A stretch of DNA of 64,000 nt from a virus (Duplodnaviria; Caudoviricetes), in the IMG/VR virus record IMGVR_UViG_2831987924_000001. One strand, 5' to 3'. The notes below the pieces were generated by a model. That model was not told the origin of the DNA, made no database searches, and saw only the letters and a list, made by a program, of their open reading frames with translations. This document shows, piece by piece, positions 53,519 through 63,307 of the stretch (positions within the stretch are counted from its first letter, which is position 1; every line of letters begins with the position of its first letter). A program made the position numbers and the translations under genes.

Positions 53519-54877
53519 TTATGCCAAATCTAATTCTTTAAAGAATTTATACACGCCTTGTTTCGCTCTTGTTACTACATTCTTATTTTTATCCAACACT
53601 TTATATTCTTGCCATTGTTTATTGTCTCTTGAAAAATCAATTTTTGAAACAATGTTAGGTAACTGTTCTAATGAAATACCCTCATCTTTCATTCGTTTAG
53701 ATAATAATACATATCCATAAAACATTACATTAGCGTTAATCAAACTTTTTTCTCTTATCGCTGCTACATCACCTAAAAATTCATCTGGAAATGCATAGAA
53801 CAATTTGTTGAAGAATTCTTTTAAATAATTCGCTGTCTTAATCGCTTCAACTCTATCCTCAATTCCATACACTTCATCAATAGCATCTGCTAATGTTTTT
53901 AACGATACTAATAACGATGTTGTATGTGGGATATTTTCAGATGGTGAAATTCTACTTTTCAATTCACTATTGTATTTCAACTGATCTACGATAAAATCAG
54001 CCTGTCTTTCTTTTTTAATATTTTCTAAATGCCCTTTACCGATTGGTTCAATTGTATTCATTTGTGCAAAGTATGCTCTTGCTTTTGGTATGTCAAAGTT
54101 GACCACATTAAGCATAAATGTCATATCTGCATCAGGATTTTCTTCTAGTGCTTTGACAATTGCCGTTACACGATGGAATCCGTCAAGACAATCCAATAAC
54201 GTACCTTTTTGAATTGTAAGCTCCATTGTTGATTCATCATAAACTAATTCAATACCATCATCAGCAGTACCTAAACGAGCATTGAACGTTAGTGTTGAAG
54301 GTAAAGCATCACCTTTTACAATAGATTCTTTAATATGTTCCATGTGTTTCTTATTAATTTTTACTTCTTGAATAATATTGTTTGGATCATTTTTATCTAC
54401 TCGAACTCTTGCTTCACGTTGCGTTTCAAAGTTATATTGCAGCAATTTATTGTCCATGAAGAGTTTAATTTCACTTGCTTTTATTGTAGTAAGAAACATA
54501 TCTGGTGCAACTTGAATAGCTGGTTTAAGTGTATAAGGAAAATCAACTTTCTTTTGTACTTCACCTTCAAATGTACTTTTTACTTCTTTGATTTCCCTTT
54601 GTGAAAAATAATTCTCAGGATTCAATTCTAAATTACCCGAAGCAATATAAACTTGTTCTGTTAGTAAGCATAAGAATTTGTCATCAATTTGTTTTAATTG
54701 TTCTTCTGGTTCATTCAAGATCAATTGCACTGTTCCCGGTAAAATTTTATATTTCTTTAAGCCGTTTTTAACCTTTGTAACACGCTTCTTATCTGCTTTA
54801 ATACTTTCAATAGTAGCCACAAGAATTTCTTGTAGCTGTCCTTTATTTTTCATTTTAACAACCACTCCTTTTTTCAA
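53519..54877 (-). CDS. YopQ-like DGQHR/DndB-family protein
   Basis: YNFETQR and LDGFHR motifs; lies between the two integrase-like genes as in SPbeta. Confidence 0.78.
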   Translation of the reverse strand: MKKGVVVKMKNKGQLQEILVATIESIKADKKRVTKVKNGLKKYKILPGTVQLILNEPEEQLKQIDDKFLCLLTEQVYIASGNLELNPENYFSQREIKEVKSTFEGEVQKKVDFPYTLKPAIQVAPDMFLTTIKASEIKLFMDNKLLQYNFETQREARVRVDKNDPNNIIQEVKINKKHMEHIKESIVKGDALPSTLTFNARLGTADDGIELVYDESTMELTIQKGTLLDCLDGFHRVTAIVKALEENPDADMTFMLNVVNFDIPKARAYFAQMNTIEPIGKGHLENIKKERQADFIVDQLKYNSELKSRISPSENIPHTTSLLVSLKTLADAIDEVYGIEDRVEAIKTANYLKEFFNKLFYAFPDEFLGDVAAIREKSLINANVMFYGYVLLSKRMKDEGISLEQLPNIVSKIDFSRDNKQWQEYKVLDKNKNVVTRAKQGVYKFFKELDLA

Positions 54878-54927
54878 CTCCTTCTCATTATAATATTATA
54901 CCCAAATGTATAAAATGTAAACATTTT

Positions 54928-55953
54928 TTATTGTCGATTTTCATCATTTATAATTTCTTTAAGTTTTATGTTTAAAATTAATTGTATGTCTTTTGGGCAG
55001 TTTTCGATTGCTTTAATTAATTCTTCATGCGAAACTTTTTTATATAATTCCTCATCAATTTTATTTCCAAATGATACCGCGCCAGTAACTCCATAATCAC
55101 GTAAGTCTAAATATCTCATTGTTACTATCGGATTAGAATGCCCTGCTGCTTTCATCGCTTGCGTTAGATCACCTGTAATTCGATACTGAAATGTTACACC
55201 TGCTTTTCTAATACTATGAAATGTAATATTACGTTCTTCGGGAATATTCATAAGTTTTTTTAATCTGCACACCATATCATCAACTGAATCAACTGAAATC
55301 GGGAAGACACGTTCCTCCCCTTCTTTTTTAATATTTAATAATTCACTATAAAATTCTTTACTAATTTTCTGACGAAACTCTTTATTCCCTTTATCAATTG
55401 CATGAACAATTACACCATCTTCTACTTCTTCAAAGTCTGACCATTTTAATTTTAAAATAGCTTGCTTTCGCAAACATGTATCTAATGCAAACAAGATAAA
55501 ATAATACTTTATTTCTTTATATTCTCGTTCTTTTTCTCTGGCTAAACGAGCCATTTCCCACACTTCATGTACATCTAATACTCCATATTTATTATCTTGA
55601 GTTTTTAACCATTTGACTTTTTTGAAGAAATCTGTATTAATACCCCATTCATTTGCTTTTAAATTTTCTAAAAGACTTCGTACTGCCGATATTTTTCTGT
55701 TAATTGTTGATCTAGCCAATCCGTTATCTAATAAAATTTGTTTAAATTTCTCTACATCATTTTTACGCAACTGAACATCTTCCAATGTTAAATGCTCTAA
55801 TTCTTTACCTTTGATTAATTGAAAAAACTGTCTTACATCCGTTTCATATGCTCTTCGTGTATGTTCACTTTCAACCCCCATCTCATTCAAAAAAATCATA
55901 ATATCATCATACAATTTATTATCGAAAAGTTGCACCACTTTTTGTGTATTCAT
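54928..55953 (-). CDS. YopP-like tyrosine recombinase
   Basis: N-terminal SAM-like domain, DTCLR, KGNK, FHSIRK, AGHS...TMRY: full R-K-H-R-H-Y set. Confidence 0.88.
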   Translation of the reverse strand: MNTQKVVQLFDNKLYDDIMIFLNEMGVESEHTRRAYETDVRQFFQLIKGKELEHLTLEDVQLRKNDVEKFKQILLDNGLARSTINRKISAVRSLLENLKANEWGINTDFFKKVKWLKTQDNKYGVLDVHEVWEMARLAREKEREYKEIKYYFILFALDTCLRKQAILKLKWSDFEEVEDGVIVHAIDKGNKEFRQKISKEFYSELLNIKKEGEERVFPISVDSVDDMVCRLKKLMNIPEERNITFHSIRKAGVTFQYRITGDLTQAMKAAGHSNPIVTMRYLDLRDYGVTGAVSFGNKIDEELYKKVSHEELIKAIENCPKDIQLILNIKLKEIINDENRQ

Positions 55954-55977
55954 TGTTATTACCCCTTTATAATTTAT

Positions 55978-56136
55978 TTAATTAATTTGATTAGTTAGCA
56001 ATTCCATATACCCTTTGATCATTTCTTGTCTTATGTTACGTTTCTTTCTGGCTATGTATATTATATCACTCGACCATTTAAAATTCAACATATTTTTATA
56101 TTTTATTTCATAGATATTAATTACCTTCGCGCTCAT
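55978..56136 (-). CDS. Small (52 aa) AimX/MazE-like peptide
   Basis: GGAGGTG RBS before ATG at 56136; C-terminal RQEMIKGYMEL; leads the yopPQR-like operon. Confidence 0.45.
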   Translation of the reverse strand: MSAKVINIYEIKYKNMLNFKWSSDIIYIARKKRNIRQEMIKGYMELLTNQIN

Positions 56137-56232
56137 AATGTTTTTCACCTCCTCTGTATTACACATTATATACAAGGAGGATTGAATATATACCATAATT
56201 TTATATTTTGAATAAAGGCAGAATTTTATACA

Positions 56233-56262
56233 GAAATCCGCCCTAAATAACAGGCGGATTTC
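56233..56262 (-). terminator. Terminator hairpin after the C5 methyltransferase
   Basis: gaaatccgcc-ctaaataaca-ggcggatttc inverted repeat. Confidence 0.65.
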
Positions 56263-56269
56263 TTAATTA

Positions 56270-57229
56270 TTATAATTTATTTATATATGTATGTAATAAC
56301 TGCTTAAAAATTTCTTCACACACCTTAACAACTATACTGTTTCCAGCTAACTTATACAATCTTGTTCTCGATTTATCTTTTCCTTTGAAATATGTATTAT
56401 TTATCGCTTCTTTTGCTTTATTATAATCATCTTCAGTGAATCCCATCAATAAAAAACACTCTTTTGGTGTCATTGTACGAATTTTATAACCGAAAATTTC
56501 TTTTTCAACTCTTAATTCATATTTAGTACATACAGAAGGGATATGTCCACCACCTACAGCAGTCCTAATAGTTGGCGAATAATGATAAAATATTCTTGGC
56601 TCTTTTTCTTTAAAACCACCGTATATGTTATGTAATATTGGCAGCACAGCATCTTCTTCTAAATAGTCCAATAAATTGTTACAAATTTCATTTTTATTTG
56701 GAAAAGAAAAAACTTGATCAATATCTTTTCGTATGCTTACTATAAAAACACGCTCTCTGTTTTGTGGAAATCCATAATCTAATGCATTCAACACTTTCCA
56801 ATAATTTTTATAACCTGCTTTTTCTAATTCATCTAACATTGTTTTAAATTCATTTTTAAATTTCTTTTGTGTTAACCCTTTTACATTTTCCATAATGGCA
56901 TATTTCGGTTGTTTTTCTTTAATAATACGTAAAGCATCGAAAAATAAAATTCCACGTTGATCTTCAAATCCCAATTCTTTTCCTTGTCTAGAAAACGGCT
57001 GACAAGGAGGTGAATAACATATAATATCGCAATCTGGAACATCTCTTTCATCTAATTGTGTAATATCTATTGGTTTAAAATTTGTATCATGTATTGCATT
57101 ATAAGCTGTTATAGGATATTTATCGTTTTCAACAGCTAATACTACTTTATGCTGCACATTTAAATTTTCTAATGCTTTGCTCCAAGCACCAATACCGGCA
57201 AATAACTATACAACTTTCAATGTATTCAT
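56270..57229 (-). pseudogene. C5-cytosine DNA methyltransferase with an in-frame TAG at codon 8 (57206-57208)
   Basis: ATG at 57229 gives MNTLKVV*LFAGIGAW (expected E-LFAGIG); SPPCQPFS, MENVKG, PQNRERVF and AGNS follow in frame. Confidence 0.9.
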
Positions 57230-57596
57230 TTAATAAAATCACCTCATTTTTATAATTTATTTAAATTAAATAAAAATGAAATTTCATTTGATTTTTTATT
57301 ATTTGACTTTAATCTTTTTCATATCCTTTTTGTATAATTCATGCCCAAATCTTCCGCACTTCCGATTTAATAAAACACCTTCATTTTCTGCTTCAATATT
57401 TAATTGTTCTGTATTATCCCATGTATAATCATTTAAAAACTCTTTTAAACTTTTATATCCCATTTGTTTAATTTTTTCTTTGAGCCATTTTTTAGGTACT
57501 TCAAAAGAAATTCCAAAATCAGTATCATTTTCTTCATCGTATGTACCGTATGTCCACAATTCAATAAAGTTTCTCTTTTTCATATATAAACCTCCT

Positions 57597-58028
57597 TCAT
57601 TTATCATCCAACAATATCTTTAAAGCCTTCTCATACCTCTCCTTCAAACTCGGTTTCAATGTTTCTGTCCGTGATAAATTATGTTTTATATCGGCAATTT
57701 TTACCTTCCAAGCTATCTCACCAACCTTTGTTTCATTATCCTTCCACCATTTAATTGTTTTAATATAATCAAAATATGTTTGATCATATTCTAAATTTCT
57801 TGTCAATAATTTAATTGCATTATAAATGGTGACATTTGTTAATTCTAATAACATCGCTCGTATTTGATAGCAATTCGGATTATCTTCTAATATGTCATGA
57901 AAAAGACCTACAATCCATTCATCAGTCATCTCTGGGAACTGATTTGCTACTGCCAATGGATGTGTGATGTCATCGTAATATTGTTTGGCAAATTGAATTA
58001 ATTTTTCTTTTAATTCTTCTTTACTCAA
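57597..58028 (-). CDS. HD-domain protein, small alarmone hydrolase (RelA/SpoT hydrolase, Mesh1-like)
   Basis: HPLAVA, GLFHDILED, LLTR, VKIADIKHNL; likely TTG start at 58028. Confidence 0.72.
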   Translation of the reverse strand: MSKEELKEKLIQFAKQYYDDITHPLAVANQFPEMTDEWIVGLFHDILEDNPNCYQIRAMLLELTNVTIYNAIKLLTRNLEYDQTYFDYIKTIKWWKDNETKVGEIAWKVKIADIKHNLSRTETLKPSLKERYEKALKILLDDK

Positions 58029-58599
58029 TCTTAAACCTCCCATTGACTTCTGTTTTATATTTTCTCTGACTCGGACTATCTTTCCAATAATGATACACAA
58101 ACTCAATTTCGTTATTTTCATTAACAAATTTCTTCTCTCTATACAACCGATAATCTATTTCAAAATTATGATTATGTACTGATACAAAACATCTCGGGAA
58201 TGTTGCTTTGCAATAAGGTTTATCATATCTTTCATAAAATGGTTTATATATATTAGGCAATAATTTAGCTAATTTGCCATCATCAATCACAACTTCACCG
58301 AATTTTGCGCTGCCGATAATTCTTGTTTTATCTACACTCCACGGTCTATAATAGTCACTACCTAAAAACTCTAAATAATCATCAAAATTAAATTCTGGTG
58401 ATGAAGGATTTTTAATTTTCGCTTCATAATTTCTGCAAATGTTATTGTGTCCGCTAATTTTTACGCATTCGGGCAATTTGTCGCATGATTCGTCTTCGCT
58501 ATAATGAGTACCTTTAAAGTGTTTACAATTTGCACATCTGTACCTTATTGCATATTCGCCTTTGTATTCAAGCGATTTCATTAATTCATGGTTAATCAA
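58021..58599 (-). CDS. Cys-rich hypothetical protein
   Basis: CANCKHF...C...C..YE motif. Confidence 0.55.
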   Translation of the reverse strand: MINHELMKSLEYKGEYAIRYRCANCKHFKGTHYSEDESCDKLPECVKISGHNNICRNYEAKIKNPSSPEFNFDDYLEFLGSDYYRPWSVDKTRIIGSAKFGEVVIDDGKLAKLLPNIYKPFYERYDKPYCKATFPRCFVSVHNHNFEIDYRLYREKKFVNENNEIEFVYHYWKDSPSQRKYKTEVNGRFKIE

Positions 58600-58851
58600 A
58601 TTATCAACTCCTTTTATATTCCAATTAAAATATACTTTTCATTCAGATTGATAAATCCTTTCAGATTCTTTCATGTGTTCTAAACAGACTTTTAACCCCT
58701 CTACTTTACCTTTTAATCGACTATATTCAAATTTATTATGAATATAATTATTTTTATAATCTTCAAGATATTTAATACTATTTTCTAACCAACGCTTTGT
58801 ATCATTCCAAACATCTTGATTCATACTAACGACCTCCCATAAAATCCTTCT

Positions 58852-58985
58852 TTTGTCCAAAGTTCGCTTCTTCAAGCAAACCTTTCCGTTATCATTGTAA
58901 CGGCTACACTCATACGAGTGGCAGTGGACATCTGCATTTACTACTTCAACTTAACTTAAGTAGTTAAGTTATCCGTAGATACTTT
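58852..58985 (-). ncRNA. Putative TnpB omegaRNA scaffold (3' end apparently truncated)
   Basis: Structured region overlapping the tnpB stop: hairpins ACTC-GTAT-GAGT, CCGTTA..TAACGG and GTTTGCTT-GAAG-AAGCGAAC, plus long-range TGTCCA/TGGACA pairing. Confidence 0.55.
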
Positions 58986-60148
58986 TTGGTTGTGTAATAT
59001 TTTAGATTTGTATTTGCATTATTATTTAAGATGTTAATTGCTCCAACTAAATCTCGATGTTGTTTATAACCACATGAACACTCATAATTTCTTTTATTTG
59101 GTTTATTTAATTCGCCGCAATTTGGACATTTCTTTGATGTATATTTTTCATTAATTTTAACTAGTTTAATTCCATATCTGCTCAATTTATTTTCTAATTG
59201 TCTTATAATTTCACCAAAATTCCACTGTGATAATTTTTGTCTGACGAATCTATTTCCTTTTTTATTTTGTTTTGTATTTCTTGTGGCTGAGTCTAAATCC
59301 CCATAATAAACTACGCTTACATTATTTTGAATACAGAAGTCTAAATATAATTTTGTTATTTTGTGTACAGCGTCATTTATTTTTCTTTCTGTTTTATACG
59401 TCAATTTTCTCAATGCATTCATATATTTCAAATATTGTTTACTACCCTTTTTACACTTGCTCATTCTTTTATAAATTTCTGCTTGATGTTTATTTCTCAA
59501 TTGTTTAATTGATCTCAATTTCCGACCTGTGATAATAACGGCATTACCACATGTGTCGATAGAAGTGATGGAGTGTATTTCACCAAGATCGATAGCAGCG
59601 TGATTATCTGATTGAATTTGATGATATTGAACTTTTTCTTTATATTTAATTGCAAGATAAAGTTTGTCTCTATAAACTAATTCAATTTCTACAATGTTTT
59701 GTGGAATATTTTTAACATAGCATACAACTGGTTTTTGTTTTCGATATTTACCGTTTATTTTTTCTTTAGTCATTGGTTTAGCTAACATTAATTTATTTCC
59801 GTTTATTTTATAACTTTGCGAATCCCATCCTGTAACAAAATATTTCTTTTGTTTGTATGGATAAAACACATCTTTCCTTCCCTCCTCTTTAGCTCTTCTT
59901 GCCGCATCTCTTGCAAAAAGATATTTATGAACTACATGATGAATTCCTTTCGCATGAAGAGGGACACATTGTTTAGTTAATTTCTGCAATTCATTTCTCT
60001 GAATCCATCTACCATTATTTTGTTCCCTATATTCTTTTTCGATTTTTAAACATAAATTCCATACTTCTGCTGAAAGTTTATTACAGTTAAGTAAATATAA
60101 ATAGTCTTCTTTTGAACATTTAACTGGAACAATAAGAGTTTTATACAT
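58964..60148 (-). CDS. tnpB: Solo TnpB RNA-guided nuclease (IS200/IS605 superfamily, rearranged RuvC-II type)
   Basis: AAIDLG (RuvC-I D), YYGDL at the usual RuvC-II Glu position, INEKYTSK (alternative Glu), CPNCG...CSCG, HRD.VGA.NI. No tnpA nearby. Confidence 0.9.
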   Translation of the reverse strand: MYKTLIVPVKCSKEDYLYLLNCNKLSAEVWNLCLKIEKEYREQNNGRWIQRNELQKLTKQCVPLHAKGIHHVVHKYLFARDAARRAKEEGRKDVFYPYKQKKYFVTGWDSQSYKINGNKLMLAKPMTKEKINGKYRKQKPVVCYVKNIPQNIVEIELVYRDKLYLAIKYKEKVQYHQIQSDNHAAIDLGEIHSITSIDTCGNAVIITGRKLRSIKQLRNKHQAEIYKRMSKCKKGSKQYLKYMNALRKLTYKTERKINDAVHKITKLYLDFCIQNNVSVVYYGDLDSATRNTKQNKKGNRFVRQKLSQWNFGEIIRQLENKLSRYGIKLVKINEKYTSKKCPNCGELNKPNKRNYECSCGYKQHRDLVGAINILNNNANTNLKYYTTKKYLRIT

Positions 60149-60688
60149 TGTATCACCTCCTTCTATAATTTAATATATAATATTTTTATAATAATATCAA
60201 TATTTTTATTATATTTTACTTAATTCTCTTCTTTTATTTGCTTTCCATCCATTTGATCGCTTCATTTATTTCTTACAACTTCTCTCTAATTCGATTTATT
60301 TTTGCTGGATGTATATAAATATCTTGACTAGCTTCCCAAATCATTCTATGTGGCAGTGCCGATTCATTAAACTTTTTCCATCTCGAATAACTCATATTTT
60401 AATCATGCCTTTTCCGCTTTTAATACTGTTAATGCGTAATGTTCCACAATATCACCTCATTCATACCAAGTTTCTAATTGTTTCATAAATTCTTCCATTT
60501 CTTCAATCGCTTCATTTAGTCCCATCATTTTACCTGTTATTGCAGCTTTCCTTATATCTGTTTTTACTTTATTTAATTTTTCTTCATACTCTTTTATCTT
60601 GTCTTGTAGACGTTCAATGATTGTTTCGGCAAATTCTTTATGAGTTAAAATTAATTTTTTATTGTTTATTTCACTCAATTATATCACC

Positions 60689-61057
60689 TTACTTTTTAAT
60701 CAAATCATATCTCACTACTCTGACCTTCAACCCTTTCTTTTTGGCGTATTCAATCATATGTTTTGTCCCATGACTCTTTCCATCCCAAAATGCCACCAGT
60801 GCATCTGAATAATTCCCCATTTCAATATTTCTCAAAATCCCTGCCTGTTTCCCTATGCTCCAATCAGCAGGAAATTGCTTTAACTTACAACCAAATTCAC
60901 GGGCAAACCGCTCCCCTAACCTGTCTGCACCTCTTGCTGTTCCCGACACGATTTCAACTTCAGATAAATCAAAGCCTTTGAGATAATGTAGTATTTTACT
61001 TTTCAACAACTCATAATCATCAAAATCCCTACTACCTGCAATGATTACTCTAAACAT
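60689..61057 (-). CDS. SLOG-superfamily (DUF2493-like) protein
   Basis: IIAGSRDF, IVSG.ARGAD.LG, FPADW, AG..RN..M, AFWDGKS.GT. Confidence 0.85.
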   Translation of the reverse strand: MFRVIIAGSRDFDDYELLKSKILHYLKGFDLSEVEIVSGTARGADRLGERFAREFGCKLKQFPADWSIGKQAGILRNIEMGNYSDALVAFWDGKSHGTKHMIEYAKKKGLKVRVVRYDLIKK

Positions 61058-61794
61058 GTTAATTCCTTCTTTATATTTTCTTTTACATGCTCTCTTACTA
61101 CATCCTCAACCCATCGTTTCATTTCTTCATTCGATTTATGTCCCTTGTACCAATCTTTAAGTTTTTCTATCGTATATTGTTCTGTCAATTGCATCATTTC
61201 ATCTAATTCTTGAACAGAATATTTACCTTTTCTGACACTTAACAAATTATCTCGTTGCGCTTCATATGTATACCGAATTGCTAATTGAAAATTGTAATTA
61301 AAATTTTTATATCGTTCTAAGAAATCCAAAATCCTTAAAGCAGACATAGCGTGTTTATTAACTTTATTCTTCCATTGTTCAGGATTGTTGAAATCATCTA
61401 TTGTTACATAGCTCAAATCTCGTTGGAAGTCTTTATACTTTTGATTAAACATACCCATACACGCATCATACAAATAAGGCAAATTCATTCGGACAATCTC
61501 TTCTCTTTTGCTACGCAGTTTATCATACAGTTCATCATATTTATGTACTTCCATTGAAAATAACACTTCAAGAAAATTAACATTAGATTTCCATAACATA
61601 TCAGGTAATTTACGAATGTCGTGATATTCAATGTCTTCTGTATCACTTGTGAATGATTTGGAATATTTTTCGCCTGAATACAAATCCTCAAATGATGGTA
61701 GAAAAAATGCCTTGAAATCCTTATCTGACGATTCGATCTGTAAATTGTAATTATGGCTGCCGACTAAAGCCTTAAAAGAGACTTTTCTATTCAT
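61045..61794 (-). CDS. Pol-beta superfamily nucleotidyltransferase (RlaP / T4 NrdC.11-like)
   Basis: GSHNYNL....SD.D.K (GS...DxD), K.N.NFLE.L. Confidence 0.8.
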   Translation of the reverse strand: MNRKVSFKALVGSHNYNLQIESSDKDFKAFFLPSFEDLYSGEKYSKSFTSDTEDIEYHDIRKLPDMLWKSNVNFLEVLFSMEVHKYDELYDKLRSKREEIVRMNLPYLYDACMGMFNQKYKDFQRDLSYVTIDDFNNPEQWKNKVNKHAMSALRILDFLERYKNFNYNFQLAIRYTYEAQRDNLLSVRKGKYSVQELDEMMQLTEQYTIEKLKDWYKGHKSNEEMKRWVEDVVREHVKENIKKELTCLE

Positions 61795-61806
61795 AATTCC
61801 ACCTCC

Positions 61807-63256
61807 TTAATCTTTCAACAATCCAAATTTCTCAAAAATCCTTAATTCGACATTCTTATATGCTTCAATCATTCCTTCTGCGTATACCTTTTGAACACCT
61901 GTTTTATCATTTAAACCTTCTTCAAGCATCTGGCGGATAAATTGAATATCAGCAAGCAATTCTAATATTTTAATGCGGTCATCACTCATTTTATATTCTC
62001 CTTTCTGGATCAAAACTGTCATTTATTCAGATAACTTCATATTATATTTCTTTATTTTATTTATAATATTCGACTTCTGAGCTTCTCCACACCACGCATA
62101 AGGATATGTATTTTTGCCTGCTTCAATTAATTCATCTGGATATTTACCTTTTTTCTGTTTAATAAACTCATCAAACGCTTTTTCATTAATTCGTTTCCAA
62201 CAATAATATATTTCTGTCGGATATTCTTCATCTGGATAGTGAATTATTTCATAAATCTCAAAATCCTCATGTGGATGAGTATCGCTAACCCATTTTTGAC
62301 CGACTTCTAAATTAATTTTCAAAGGTTACACCTCCTTCATTGCTTTCTTCAATTTGATATGTATTTCTCTGTTTACGTAATTGTTTCCGTTTTTCTTCAC
62401 ATATTAGTTCATAAAAAGCGAACAATTTTATAAAATCTGCTTTACTTGTTTCCACTAAATCACCTGATATCATTTTTACTTTATTTTTATATTTCTCATA
62501 CAAATCATTGAAGAAGTTCATTCGTTATCACCATCTTCATCAATCAATTCTATTGTAGTTAACTTATTTAATACATTTTTCGTCATCTCAATTAACTCAT
62601 CTATTGCATCTTTATCTTCTATATTTGCAAAACCTATTCTTTCAAGATAATATAAAGACTTACAAAGACCACTATAAATCACATCATAATCATAATTACA
62701 CATTTTATATTGACGGTACATTTAAATTCACCTCACAATAAATTTTCTTTATTAAATCTCCAAAATAAGTCACATTCCACTCACTCCTCATCATTATCAT
62801 ATTCTTCAATACTTACTTCAATTTTATAAGGAATATCAGGACTTTTTCTTATTTGTTTAGATAGTCAATCGACTAGTTGTGTTAAATCTCATCGTAACAT
62901 GATATGAATATTTTCTTATTCATTAATTATCAACCTCTCTAATTAAACAATTCAGCCCATTTTTCATCATTTTTCAAATAATCTCTTATAATTGTTCTAG
63001 GAATTACACAATGCATTTCAAATTCTTTATCCTGAGTTAAGTTTAGAATATAGTGATTCCTCCATCCTCTTAAATTCATAGCTTTAACAACAAATCTTAT
63101 GTAAAATTTATCTGTTTCAATAATACAATGATCTTTCGTTTCTATATCTTTTGTTATTTTGTCTTTCAGCATCAATCTAAACAATCTGTAATACATTTTT
63201 AAATCTTTAATATTCTCTGTTACTACGCCAATTAACACTTTGTCATATGTGATCAT
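61807..63256 (-). other. Small accessory ORFs (61807-62022, 62023-62322, 62312-62521, 62518-62721, 62939-63256)
   Basis: Co-oriented short ORFs; no recognised function. Confidence 0.55.
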
Positions 63257-63307
63257 CTAATTCTCCTTTCTGAACAAAATTAAAATTTTAAACAATTATT
63301 TTTATAA

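Larger units (their letters stand above)
6309..63291. repeat. Dispersed 18-bp inverted-repeat junction motif, consensus ATAAAA-N6-TTTTAT (about 30 copies)
   Basis: Examples: 6309, 7176, 7796, 15013, 15358, 23883, 24089, 27349, 37935, 41840, 42432, 42708, 43274, 43730, 45507, 46531, 48986, 49799, 51156, 56212, 58625, 58839, 62009, all at gene junctions. Confidence 0.72.

Noticed and set aside
53519..54877. Phosphorothioate (dnd) system
   Set aside because: Only a lone DndB-like domain is present, in the yopQ position; no dndCDE.
27006..57208. Amber (TAG) recoding or suppression as the explanation for the interrupted methyltransferases
   Set aside because: The expected residues differ (Trp versus Glu), one lesion is TAA, intact genes such as the topoisomerase B subunit and dnaE end in TAG, and no suppressor tRNA is visible in the window.
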